From Camelus ferus (taxonomy: Eukaryota), in NCBI RefSeq assembly GCF_009834535.1, contig NC_045697.1, positions 116,624,001 through 116,688,000 of the forward strand: 64,000 nt of DNA, written 5' to 3'. Below are positions 23,896 to 36,785 of this stretch, in pieces (position 1 is the first letter of the stretch; the number at the start of each line of letters is the position of its first letter). The position numbers and the translations under genes were made by a program. The notes beneath the pieces were generated by a model. The model ran no database searches, was not told the DNA's origin, and saw only the letters and a list, made by a program, of their open reading frames with translations.

Positions 23896-25775
23896 CTGAG
23901 AATCTCTGTTTAGATGTGTCATTTGGCACTAAATAAAGAAGACTCAATGATTAATGATTTCTGGATGTCAGGCCTAAACAGGGGGAAAAAAAGCCCTTTT
24001 CCTCTCTCTGTTTATGTTCCTCTCAGGTGTGAGTGGATTTGCAAACTCACATGCACCAAGCTTTGAAGCACATGGGAAGGAGAGAGCAGAAGAAAGACAA
24101 TGAATTCTTCATTTCAATCCATTTTTTTTTTTACTTATTTTAAAATTAAGTTTATTTAGTCCTAAATGCCATAGCAAGCTCTTTTCAGATAAAGATTGAA
24201 TCAGTGAGATAGAAAAGTTTAAGAAAATGGGATTTAGTGCAAATGTTGGTCGATGTATTTCTAAATAAGTTTTTGAAGGCTTTCTGACCACAATAAATGA
24301 AGTGTTAAATGTATCTGGATAAACAGATGCGCTGGGAATTTGTCGGGCAGTGGGACCAGGAAATTAATAATTTCAGCAGAGACTGGGTAGCAGTAGGCTC
24401 AGAACTGAATTACAACACTTGGCAGAGCTCTAGAGATGCCGGGGACAGTCGATGATGGTGACAGCGTGGTGGCGCTGGCTCTGTCAGCATGGTATAAGTT
24501 CATACGTAATATTGGTGTAAGTGCATCTTGCTTTGAGAGATACTTGGAATTAATTTTTTATGACTACAGTTGTTTACTTTGAATACTCTCATCTCATACA
24601 AAAATCACTCATAATATAAGAAATTTTATAAACGATTTTTTTAAAGCACCCTAACTGAAAAATTACTCCAGTGCATAAAAATTCAAATAAATATTAGTCA
24701 GAAATTGAAGCAATTGGGGAAAAATGCTTAATAATTTTAACTGCAACAACAGAAACATTTTTGATGAAGCACTTCAATCGCTTCCTCCTCCTGGAAATCC
24801 TTTGAGATTAAGTGGATGGAAAAACAGGGAACAGTCATATATGCTGATTGCCAAGTGAGACACAGTACTGAGGGAAAATCAGTGCCTTTCTTTTTTTCTG
24901 CCAGAGAACAAATTATTGTCATTCCCATATGACTAAATATGTGTACGTGCCTTGAATGCACTTTGTGGGGCTGTGGGAGCTGTCGTACACCAGAAGGAAA
25001 AAATGGTGCAGACTTTGTGCAGTGCCCTAGCTTTCTCTTCGACTTAATTGGGTTCCCATGTAATTCAAGGGCCAAAACCAAAAAGCACGAAGCATTTTTA
25101 CAATGCGGTTTTGAGGAAACTGCTCTAGTTTCCACATAGTAAGGTGACTACGCTGTGGCTGTCTGTCATCATTTGGTGGGGGGGAGGGGCCATGATTTGA
25201 CCTGAGTTATGCCCAAGTCTTGAATCCCTCCATCAGAACTAAAATCTTAAGGGTTTCAATAAACATTTCTGGAAGCTACATTCCTAATGATTTATCATCA
25301 ATGGAATAAAACAGCTTTGGCTTTTTAATAGACCTTGCCCGAAACACACAAGCACTTACTATTGCGTCTAGGGAAATCATTTTCTGTGGAAAACACCAAC
25401 TCGGTGAAATTATAACCCTCATTCTGTAACAACATTAAATGTTAATATGGAAAATGTTACCATGGTTGCTCTGGAATCAGTGCAGTCACTGCATTAAAGG
25501 CAGCTCTGTATACTTATGTTCAAAATCAAGGAGGTGAGTGTACTCGGTACATTTCATCGTTTCTAGTGTTTCTGAATAGCTAAGACTTGGGCAAGCACTA
25601 AGAGAAGAGTTCCACTGGATTCTACGACTTATATCCAGCCTTTGAGATCCCTTTTGTAATCAATGGAAAATATGCAATATTCCTGTTTTCATGGGTAACT
25701 ACCCATGTATCAAAAATATAGAGGGGGTTTGCTAAGATACTTTGTTAGGAAGTAAAATTAAAAATAAAAAAACAA

Positions 25776-26445
25776 GGGAATATATCCAGAGAAAAATCTA
25801 ATTTGAAAAGATACACGCACCTCAATGTTCACAACAGCACTATTTATAGTAGCCAAACATGGAAGCAACCTAAATGTTCATTGACAGATGACTGGATAAA
25901 GATACATATACATGTATCTTATGTGTGTGTGTGTGTATTATAGAATACTACTCAACCATAAAAAAGAATGAAATAATGCCATTTGCAGCAACATGGATGG
26001 ATCTAGAGATGATCATACTAAGTGAAGTAAGGCAGACAGAGAAAGACAAATACCATATGATATCACTTATATGTGGAATCTAAAAAAAAAAATGACACAA
26101 ACGAACCTATTTACGGAACAGAAACAGACTCACAGACATAGAAAATGAAATTAAGGTTACCAAAGGGGAAAGCGGGGGGAATGGGTAGATTAAGAGTTTG
26201 GGATTAGCAGATACACACTACTATATATGAAACAGATAAACAACAAGATCCTGCTGGGCAGCACAGGGAACTATATTCAATACCTTATAATAGCCTATAA
26301 TGAAAAAGAATATGTATATATTATAACTGAATCACTATGCTGTGCACCAGAAACTAACATAACACTGTAATCAACTATACGTCAATAAAAAAAAATGAAA
26401 AACCAACAAAGAAACAAACAAACAAAAAAACCCAACAAAAAAACC
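25776..26445 (+). mobile_element. 5'-truncated L1
   Basis: End of ORF2, 3'UTR, aataaa and decayed A tail. Confidence 0.9.
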
Positions 26446-26639
26446 CACAATGGCAAAATTTCCCTATATTTAACCCATTTATTTTATAATTTCTATCTTA
26501 AATGCTATCAGTAACTATTTCAGATATCCAAAAACAAAACAAATAAAAATACCAGTAATAATTGAGGGTTTTTAAATAAATATATGGTGTAATTATAGAA
26601 CTATACACTCTTATATAGATATTCAGTTCAACAGTTTGG

Positions 26640-26940
26640 AAAGTGAGGTAGATATATATCTGCTAATATAATAAGATATTCAATGCATATCATTAAGCTA
26701 CAGAAAGTATGTTGAACAATAGCCTATATAGTTTGATCTTATTTGTGGAAAATAAAGGAATATATAATACTGTGTTTATAAAATTCTGATATATTAACTA
26801 GAAACTGTTACCAGTGGTTGTCTTTGGGAAGTGGGACTAATAATGGCAGGATAAAGGGGAGATTTTTCTCTTCAGTTTATACCCTTAGGAAAATTTGAAT
26901 TTTTTTTTTTCAAAGTGAATATTCCCTTAATAATAAAAAA
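26640..26940 (+). mobile_element. Old L1 (L1ME-like) 3' end
   Basis: aaactgttaccagtggttgtctttgggaagtggga motif. Confidence 0.5.
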
Positions 26941-27055
26941 TGATCTGGAGCAATGTACAGCTAATTCAAATGCATGAAAATTTGGTTCCTTGTCTACAGA
27001 TGAAAAAACACTGATTTCTAATTCGCTGGTTTTCTTCAGACCTTTAGTGACAGGC

Positions 27056-27268
27056 CAGTGATTCTCAATCAGGGATGATTTTGTAGCCTAGGGGACATTT
27101 GTCAAAGTGCAGATCTGTTTTATTATCATGACTTGAGGGGAGCTACTGGCATCTTAATAGGTCGATTCCAGTGATGCTGCTTGAATATCCCACGATGCAC
27201 AGGACAGCTCCCCAGACAAAGACTTATCCATCCTAAAATGTCAACAGGGCCCACGCTGAGAAAGCAGG
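27056..27268 (+). mobile_element. MER20 (hAT-Charlie), near full length
   Basis: cagtgattctcaatcagggatgatttt...ggggacatttg...gctactggcatct...atgcacaggacagctcccc...aaaatgtcaa...tgagaaa, colinear with the recalled MER20 consensus. Confidence 0.85.
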
Positions 27269-28379
27269 GGCGAGGCACTGGGGAAGCACCAATGGGAAAC
27301 CCCCGTGTCAGCAGCCTAAACACGTGCTCACTCGCAGGACAGGCAATTCGTTCTTTCTGTGGCTGTTTGTCTTCCAGTGGAGATTTTCTAGTTGATTTCA
27401 TGAGTTCGGGGAAGTGGATGCACATTACCCGGCAAGGGCACCAGGGCAGCTGCTGTAGCTCTTCAGAGGTTGTGACGCTGTTGTTTTGGCTGATAACTTG
27501 GGGAAGGATTTCGGCCAGTAAACTTGGGGAATGGGCGGTCCTCCGACGCCAGAGGTGATAGTCAAGTTTGCTGTAAGGAATAATTTCTTAGCTACAAGGA
27601 CTATCAAACAACAGACTGGGTTACTAAGACAATCTCTCCAGGTTGTGAAAAAACTGGATAGATAATTTAAGTATGTTCTGCCAAAATTAAAGGAATCAAC
27701 CCCAAAATATTTTCAGGCTGTTTGAACTAGTTCCATCAATCTCTGAATAACATCAACAGATGTTTAAAAGAAGCACATTTTAGACTTCAAATTTGATATT
27801 TTGAGACGTGCATACTCTGAGATACACAAAAATCCTTGAAAAAGTTCAATTGTCCATACCTCAATAAAGCTAGAAAAAAAATAGTCAAAAAAATCCACCG
27901 TCCTGACAAAATCCAAATGCTCAGTATCTCTTCATGATGCTGCCTTCGTCCAGCTTCTCATTTTAAATCTTTGGTTAATGTTCTTTCTCATAGCTTGTGC
28001 TGGACCATATGAATCAGACACTTCGTTTCCCAAGAATGATGGGAACTCTTGGGAATGCTGGGAGTCTCCCTGTCTGAACTTCATGCCACGCAGACTGCAG
28101 ACCTCACCCAGAACTGACCCAAGGACAGAACTGTTTACAGCCCCGAAATGTGCAATGCACACTGCTGCCTCCTTCCAATAAAATGGGAGTGGGGGTGGGG
28201 GCACTAATGCCACTCAGCAGCGGTTCCCTCTTCCATATGCTCTCCCTTCTCCTAGATGAGCACTTCATTCCTTCTCTCCTCAAACCTCCACCCCCCTGAG
28301 GCCATCCCAGGAGCCCCATGGCACCCTACGGACCACCCTCGTGCACTCCGCCTCCTCCGAGCCCTCTGCTCCAGTCCCT

Positions 28380-28625
28380 CTCCTGAGCTCACCTCCATCC
28401 CTCTCACCTGCTCAGGACAGAGCCAGTGATTCTCCCTCCTATCTCAGCATCATAAGGTTTTTACCTCTTTCTTAGATCGTTCCCACTAGCCTGAAACAGG
28501 CTCTTGTGTCTCCCTTCTTAAAAACAAGACAAAAGAGAACACATTTCATTCCCCCTGCTAGGTGCCTCCTCATTTCTCAACTCCCCTCTAAAGAGCAAAA
28601 CTTGTCAGAAATTGTATACTGGTGT
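28380..28625 (+). mobile_element. L2 internal remnant
   Basis: Pyrimidine-rich, with L2-like tctcccttcttaaaaa...gcaaaacttgtcagaaattgtatact. Confidence 0.45.
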
Positions 28626-28717
28626 TCTGATTCAGTTTTGGGGTGTTTACCACTAAACGTTTAGAGCTCTTATGAACACAAGAGTAACTTTCCTTTGTGA
28701 ATCTGGGTTATCATGTT

Positions 28718-29233
28718 TGCAACAGGGAAGAACAAATCTGACTCCATATTGGGTGTTTCTTTTACCTGAACCTGTGTATCTATTGCTTTTGCTACAAGTT
28801 CATCACTAAAGGGATGCTGCCTGAAAGCTTAAATTATACATAATGGTCCAACGCTGGGAACCCTGCCTCCCAGGTAATGAGCGTTAAGCTAAAATACCTT
28901 TGCTGAGCGCACAGGAAGCATCCTGACCAGGCTGACCCGAGAATGACTGCGGGAAGGAAGAAATGACACATCTCCTCTGGAGTCTGGCTGGAACAAGGAA
29001 GTGTTTGCAACAACTTACCACCTTTTTCACTTTACCTCCTCACCTCCTCCTCTTTGTTCTATGAAAGAAACTAGCATCCAAATCCAGGCAAGATAGTTCT
29101 TTGGGACACAAGTCCACCATCTTCTGGGTCTGCTGGCTTTCCAAATAAAGTCACTGTTCCTTGTCCCAACACCTCGTCTCTTGATTTATTGACCTGCCCT
29201 GCGGTGAGCAGACTGAGCTTGGACTCAGTAACA
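28718..29233 (+). mobile_element. Solo LTR, ERV1 (MER41-like termini)
   Basis: tgcaacaggg ... gagcttggactcagtaaca, AATAAA near 29144, TATA-position ctatgaaag, 4-bp flanks tgtt/tgct. Confidence 0.85.
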
Positions 29234-30279
29234 TGCTGGGCAGGACAGTGATGCCTTAGGGCCTTTGAGGCAATGGTGTCCTATAACTTTGACCACAGAC
29301 TCCTTGGCTTTAAGAGTTCTGTCAACTTTTTATGGTTTTTCCTCCACAGTTCTCTACCAGCTGTCATTCAACTGTCATTAATTTGTCTGCCTCTGTCATC
29401 TCAGTGCTGCGATCACCATTTCTAATTTATTACTTGAATCTGCTACAGCTGAAAACGCAGATGCCCAGACACGACATGACTTCTGTGTAAACAGGGAACA
29501 ACTGAGCTATGAGTGTGGGACTGAAAAAGGACACACTTTCCTTCTTTTCTTAAAATTTAATTTAATTTATTTTATCTGTGAAATTTGAATGTATTTGAAT
29601 ATCCCAGCCTTAATGCACAATTAACCCAAGTCCATTCCTCGATTTTGAAAGCCTCACCTAACATGGAGATGGCAGTTCACGTTTCATCTGCTCAACACTG
29701 ATAGATGTTATTACTGTTTTTCTGGGATCAGTGGCCTTCAGTTGGGTGAGATGTTATTATCAACATTGCGAAGGGCTTAGTATCCCACTGTCATGAACGC
29801 TCAGCGAGCACTTACTGGATGAGTGCACTCATTTCCCACCACATGGAACAGCTGAAAGTTCTAAATTTTGTATTCACACATTTCTAGCGTATGCCTCAAA
29901 CTATGGTGAAGCTCCCTCCTTGACTTTCCAGCTATCACATTGGATTCCTGCTCCGTGGTGTGACAGCAGCAGTTTACCCATGACACTACTGGTACGGCTG
30001 AGACGAAAAGACCCCAGGTCAAGGGTGGGTGTGCATCTTAACAGCTCACTTCCACCCGCTCTGTCTCAGCCGTGTTCCCTTCCGGATTCTCTCACGTCTG
30101 GCTAAGACGTCTGCAGTGGCTTCCTTTTCATTACACTTTAGCCTTTCGGGCAAAGCATCCCCAGCTGGCCACAACCTACTTTCTTAAACCTCAGAGTCCA
30201 CTACATTACACTTTGCACTCTGATCAGTCGTTTGTTTCTTTTCTTTTCCTTCCACGTTTTTGGGTATTTACTGTATCAG

Positions 30280-30495
30280 TCACTAGCACCGAGCACTTTA
30301 CATACCTTATTTCATTTCATCCTCAGAACAACGCCATTGCTCAGTTAGGAATACCATCACAGCTTTGCAGTTTAGAAGGCAAGGCACAGAGGAGTGAATT
30401 GCTTGGGGATCCCAGAACAAGAAAGTGGCGGGACTGAGAGTCAGACTCTGTCTGATTCTGATTTCAGAACATGTGTTCTCAACCACTCTGCCTCC
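30280..30495. mobile_element. MIR remnant
   Basis: gcactttacataccttatttcatttcatcctcagaacaac...aggcacagaggagtgaattgctt...ttctcaaccact. Confidence 0.65.
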
Positions 30496-31929
30496 GCTAG
30501 TCCCCCCATATTGCCCTGCCTGCGAGCCGCTGAACAATCACTCACACTTCTGCTTCCCTCTCTTGGCTGGTGACAGTGTCCTGCATACCATGTTTTCACC
30601 TGGGTCTCACCCGTCACGGCCAAGATCAATTATGCCTTCAGACGGACATCCTCTCTGACCACGACGCTGCTGGTGCGGCTGAGGAGACCTGCCCCTCTGT
30701 TGGAACCTTTCAGCGCAGGGACGAGATGCTGGCTGCTTTACTGGTGGCTGCTTACTAGCTAGCAGAGTCCAAGAGGCCCATTCAAGACTGAAAGCCGTGT
30801 TTTCCCGATTTTGCCTTTTTTTCCGGCGTTACCGTGACCACAGACCAGAGCGGTTCCCACGGCTTGCTCTGTACCCCTGTGCCCCACGTGCCCAGCGCAG
30901 GCTAAGTGTGGCTGCCGCTGGGCAAGGGGGCACCTTGGATGTTCCCAGCTGTGCCCCTGTGGCCTCTGTGTAGGTTTTGTAGCTTTGCAGCTTCCTGTTC
31001 TAGGACACGGGGATTAGTGGAGCTCCCTCCTGGGTTTTTTGCTGTGATTAGACATAGTTAATGGATGTGGAGGAGTCCCTTACTGCCTCTCACAGACATC
31101 ACAGGCACTAAATGTGAATTTCTCTTCATTTAAAGTCCAGTGGTCTTAATTTCCAGATATTTTCTATTGTCACTGACAGCTGTGCTTAAAATATATCTAA
31201 TAGAGTCTGTACCGTACCATCCATGAAATTGTAAGCAGCATGGGCTGGATATCCACTGAGATGCTAAGAGTCACGTGTGGTCCACTTGGACCCTAAGACT
31301 CTCTCTGACACCAAGCAAATAATGCTTATGCCTTCCTCTCCTTACAAATGTCTACTGGGAACTGGTCAATACTCCTCTCCATCTTTTGTAGATCTCTCCA
31401 TCCTCAAATCTTCCACGATTGAGTCTTCATGAACACAGCCACCCGGGGGTCCTTGGTTTGTGCTGCTGAAGGCCTGACTTCCTATTTCTGTCCACACTCC
31501 CATCTCAGGTTAAGAGTGAAGGCTGAGATGGGAGGTGCTTGCTAATTCAGGTCTCCGGGTGAAGCCGTGAGGAAGGATTCATTTTCTCTTCCCTGGTCAT
31601 AGTCTGCGATTGCTGACCCTGAGTGGCTGACGGCTGACCTGCCCACCGGTTCCCAGCTCACCAGACCGACAGGTGGGTGGGACGCTCATCTGTGGCAGGT
31701 TAAGAGGAAGCACCGTTCCTCTAGAACTAGGCAGAGAGGCCGTGGATGCGCGACTGTTTTCTTTCATATTCCTCTCTCCTTTCAAAGAAAATCCCTTTCA
31801 CGGCTCTCTGGTCCTTACAACTCCTTTTAGGGGTAAAGGACTCTCTCGCCCCTCTTCCTCCCACACCTGCGATCCTTCCGCAAAGGCGGCCTCCTCCCCA
31901 CTGCGCTCCCGGGTGTGTGGACTCCCCTC

Positions 31930-32647
31930 ATCTTCACTTCTTTCCCCACAGAATCAGCCACTGTCACTTCTTAGTGGCAATGGCCTCCCCCTCTGCCTCT
32001 TTCCCACCTGTTCTCCTCACAGCAGCCAGAGGGATCGTTCAGAAGTAAATTAGATCACAAAAATGTCCCCTCGCAAATCTGTGAGCGTCCCATGGTTCTC
32101 AGCATAAAAGCCGAACTTCCTACCCTCCCCTTCTGCCCTCCCACGAATTGACCCCTCCTATTCGCTGGCTTGGTTTCTTTCCACTCTTCTTGCCTCACTT
32201 AGTTGGGGCCATACCGACTGTCCTGTGGATGAGCTACGTGTGGTCTTGCTTGAGGGTTTTCGGGTAGCTGGTTCCACCCACCTGGACGCCTGGATTGTTC
32301 TTCCCTGGGGCCCTGGCTGCTTACTCCTCATCATTCAGGCCCACCTTAGACTTCGGATCACTCTGTCTGAAGATTCTTCACAATCCTTGCTGGTTACTAT
32401 CCTGTGACACTGTCCTTTTTTTTTTCTTCTTCACAACGCTTTCTACTATCTGAGACATTTTATTTATTAGTTTACTTCTTCTGGGACTTAAATATCACCA
32501 CCAGCATGTAAATTCCCTTAGTGAGGGTGCTTTCTTATTCTGTCCGCGATTGATTTTCAGTGTCTGTGTTGGTGCTGGGGAATATTGTAGGAATTCAAAA
32601 AAAAAAAAAAAAAAAAAAAAAGAGTTCAAGGAAAGAAAGAATGAATA
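31930..32647 (+). mobile_element. L2 3' region with A25 run near its end
   Basis: cacagcagccagagggatc...gatcac, ctcatcattcaggcccacctta and terminal gaatgaat. Confidence 0.65.
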
Positions 32648-32739
32648 ATTGTCCATGTATCTGAAACATTTAGAATGGTATTTTTTTTAATGGATCTGAC
32701 TATTTTTCCTTTTAATTCCATTAGTTCCTAGTTCATAGG

Positions 32740-33070
32740 TTTTTTAAAAAAAAACCTTTTATTGATGTATATACAGTTAGAGTGCATCAATTTCTGATGT
32801 ACAGCACAATGTCCCAGTCATTCATATACATACATATATTCACTTTCATATTCTTTTTCATTAAAGGCTATTACAAGATATTGAGTATAGTTCTCTGTGC
32901 TATACAGAAGAAACTTTTTTTTAAATCTACTTTTATATATAGTGGCTAACACTTACAAATCTCAAACTCCCAAATTTATCCCTTCCCACCCCCTTACCCC
33001 CAATAACCATAAGGTTGTTTACTATGTCTGGGAGTCTGTTTCTGTTTTGCAGCTGAGTTCACTCGTGTCC
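32740..33070 (-). mobile_element. L1 3'UTR fragment
   Basis: Closely similar to 44041-44358 and 62729-63147. Confidence 0.88.
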
Positions 33071-35131
33071 TAGTTTTTACATGGTGGTGCCGTGAAGATC
33101 TCCTTAGTAGCTATGGCATGGGGCCTGTAATGAGGACTAGTTTTTCAGTAAAGCTGGTGGTGGAATAATACTGTTTTTACCACAGCTGTAGTTTGTCATC
33201 AAATGACGGTGAAAATCCGAAAGGTTAGATTTTAGATTCACAGTCTAGAATATTCATCTGCATTAACTGCGTGAATAAACATTTATTTCCCTAGATTAGC
33301 TAGGTTTCTTTAAATTGACATGAGATTAAATCAGCATCAGATTTACTTTTCGGGGGAACCAATAAACAAAACTTTGTGCTTTCATGTGCATGGAATTCTT
33401 TCCGCCCTCCTGTGGAAACCCTATTGTGTACACTGATATTGCAACTCCAGAATGTATATGATTTTCTGACTATGTTATTTCTAGAGTTAGTAGAGTTTCC
33501 AAATGTGCATTTAATTTACACCAGAAAGTAATTTATCCAGTGGAATGACATTCCTTAGTCCAGCTGAAGGTGAATCACTTTTTTTTTTTCATAAATGTAT
33601 TGAAAACTATTTTTTTTAGTGTTCTGTGAACTGTAGTTAAAACATTTCTAGTTGTATCAGAAGCTATTAGCATGTTTTTTGACATAATGTGTATAGTATT
33701 TGAAAAAGAGCCCATTTTCAGTCATGTATCTCTTTTAGTTCATTACCTGAGTTAATAATTACCTGTGAGAATGATATAAAGTATTCTTACTTTAAAGATC
33801 TGGGCAAGCACTTTCTCTAGATGGCATGACCACAGTTCTGCATTTTTAAGGGAGATTACAAATGTGCTGAGGGTTGAAATTGTCTTGATGCATTTTCAAT
33901 GGGAATAAACAAATATCTTCACTTGTATCCACTTGACATGGTTGGAAAATACAGCTGAATATTTGATAATGTATGTTTCGCAAATTCTCAAGAGTTCATA
34001 TTTTACTAATGTATGTCATTCTAATTATTATTTCAAACCCCTAGGCTTTGTGTTTATAATTCCTGTTTGCCCAATGCCCCATGCTTATAGGATATAACCA
34101 AATATACTTCTTTCCTGGTTATTCCTTTTTAACCCTTTCCCACCAATATGAGGCAGTTGGACTGTACTTTATTGCTCAGGGAAGGGAGACCAGAAAAGAA
34201 CCTTTCTAGAATGGTCAACTGCCAAAAACAGTCAACTGCAAATCCAGATGCTTGAGAGACAGAGAGAGAGAGTTTTTTTTTTTTTTTAATTTTAATAGGC
34301 TTTTTTGAACACTTGGCTTGAAGATCAAGACCAAAGACTGAAGCACACAGGGCATTGAGTTTTTCCACAGCCTGCAGAGAAGGTTAAGTGTGTTGCCCTG
34401 ACCTTGGTGAGAGCTGCACGTGAGAACAAAGCATCCTGTCCCATTGGAGTTTCAGGCTCCTTGGGGGAAGGGAGAAGGTGGGAGTCGCCAAGGGCGGGGG
34501 CGTTACCCAAGCAAAGGTGATTCTCCTCTTAGATTCTAATACGCAGCCCAAGGGAAGGGCACGACTCCGGAAGCCTATGCTCTGGTTGGTGCGAGGGGCC
34601 GGGTGGCAAAGGGAGAGGTAAGGCAGAGATGGGGGTCTCAGTGAGCCCCAAGTCTCCCTTGGTCCTCGACAGGGGAGGAAGGACTTCGGGGTTTTCTTAG
34701 GCTAACGAGAGAAGGCTGGCTGCGAGCAGACAGTCCACGGGAAGTGGCCTTATTGCTTGGGTGGGAAACATGGGTTTTCTGGCCTGGTAGTTGGAGAATG
34801 TGAAAGTTTTGCATGCTTAGTAGGTACTGATGCCAGCACCCAGAGCAATGAGTGAAATAATCTGTGAGAAGCTGGCAACAGAAGTAGATATTCAGCCCTC
34901 TACCTGCCCCTCCACGTGGATGTTTCAGAAGCTGCCCTTGAACTACTGGGCAGAAGCTATTGGGTGGAACCGGAAAAGGGCAGACCAAGTAAGAATTCTT
35001 CAGTGATTGATAGTACTTTAAAGAAAGAGTGCCTGATTTTTAAACCAAGCTACTTGGAATGAGCAAATTTAAATGTCCTGTTATTTTATGTAGAAGTCGT
35101 GAATGCTAAGTTTAGTCATAGAAACATAAAA

Positions 35132-35296
35132 TTTCTTTCTTTTCTTTCTTTCTTTCCCTTTCTTTCTTTCTTTTTCTTTCTTTTTTTCTTTCCCTTTCTT
35201 TCTCTTTCTTTCTTTCTTCCTTCCTTCCTTCCTTCCTTCCTTCCTTCCTTCCTTCCTTCCTTCCTTCCTTCCTTTCTTTCTTTCATTCTTTCTTTC
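35132..35296. repeat. (TTTC)n/(TTCC)n compound microsatellite
   Basis: About 165-bp almost pure pyrimidine tract with a perfect TTCC core. Confidence 0.95.
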
Positions 35297-35303
35297 ATCT
35301 GGG

Positions 35304-35620
35304 TGTTAAATTAAGGGAACAAGGAGGCCATTATACTGAGGTGGCTCTAAAGCCAGGCGCAGAGGTAAGCAAACCAAAACCAAAGTCCATCAAGGCCTCA
35401 GGGTTATGAAACCCAAGTGCTAAGAGTGACCAATCAGAAACAGCCAACGAGGCTTCAAGCAATCAACAAATGCCCATCAACAGTTTCCTCGCTTTGCTTT
35501 GGTAACTTTCTCTCTCTGTCTCCCACTCACCCTTTTCAGGTTTGGAGCTGCCCAATTCTAATCCATTTTTGCTCAAGTTAACTATTAAAAATTTTAACAT
35601 GCCCATTTTATCTTTTAATA
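35304..35620 (+). mobile_element. Probable ERV1 solo LTR
   Basis: Starts tgttaaattaag, contains ccaatcagaaacagccaac, ends tcttttaata. No clear TSD. Confidence 0.55.
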
Positions 35621-36160
35621 TGAAATGTGTGGCCTAAAATATGAAAAATTTCTATGATATATGCTATGCTATCTGGTTTCGATAGACTTAATATTAATGA
35701 TGGAACAGAATTGTTTAAGTGCAGGTCTGTGTGACGGTTTGTAACATTTCCCTCCACCTTCAAACTCTGTGGCAGAGAATGCTGGCTGGCAGTTCTTTTA
35801 ACCCTCTACTGTGAACTCCTCCCCCACTGTGTGCTTTCTGCAGGAAAAAAAGGACAAACTTCTTTTTTTCCTCCTGAAAAAATTAGTCAGAATAGAAAAG
35901 AGACTTTGTGCCCAAGAACAGCAGAGGAGGATGTAGCATTAGGGGTGAGGGCTGAATGATAGGGAAATAAGATGCAGATGGGATCCAGGCAGCCTTGGAC
36001 CAGAAAGAAATCTGGGGGAAAAGAGGCAAGGCTCCAGGGAATGAAGAATTACAGAGAAGAGGAAAGGACATGGGACTTAATAAGATTCCTGTAGATCTTA
36101 TACAATCAATGGACTGTTCTTTAAACCTTTTCAGAGGCATGGATAAAGGTGAATGACCTT

Positions 36161-36292
36161 CATGTATCCAAGGGAACTCTAATTCAAAAAGACACATGCA
36201 CCCCAATGTTCACAGCAAAACTATTTACAACAGCCAAGATATGGAAGCAACCTAAATGTCCATCGACAGATGACTGGATAAAGAAGTTGTGG

Positions 36293-36323
<31 letters not shown>

Positions 36324-36785
36324 GAATACTACTCAGCCATAAAGAAGAATAAAATAATTCCATTTGCAGCAACATGGTTGGACCTGAAGATCATTATATT
36401 AAGTGAAGTGGGCCAGAAAAAGAAAGAAAAATACCTTATGATCTTACTCATATGTAGAATCTAAAAAGAAGACAAATGAGCTTATTTACAAAACAGAAAC
36501 AGATTCACAGACATGGAAAACAAACTTATAGTTACCTGGCGGGGAAAGGAGGTGGGAAGGGATAAACTGGGAGTTCAAGATTTGCAGATACTAACTACTA
36601 TATATAAAACAGATAAACAACAAGTTTCTTCTGTTGAAGAAGGAACTACCTTCAATATCTTGTGGTAACATATAATGAAGAAAAACAAAAACATAGATGT
36701 ATGTTCATGTGTGACTCAACTATTATACTGTACACCAGAAACTGACACAACATTGTAAACTGACTAGACCACAATAAATTTAAAA
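36161..36785 (+). mobile_element. 5'-truncated L1
   Basis: ORF2 end ([33 protein letters not shown]) and 3'UTR, flanked by aaaggtgaa repeats at 36145 and 36786. Confidence 0.9.

Noticed and set aside
35099..35314. Low-complexity ORFs (PSFL and KEGR repeats)
   Set aside because: They are translations of the TTCC/TTTC microsatellite.
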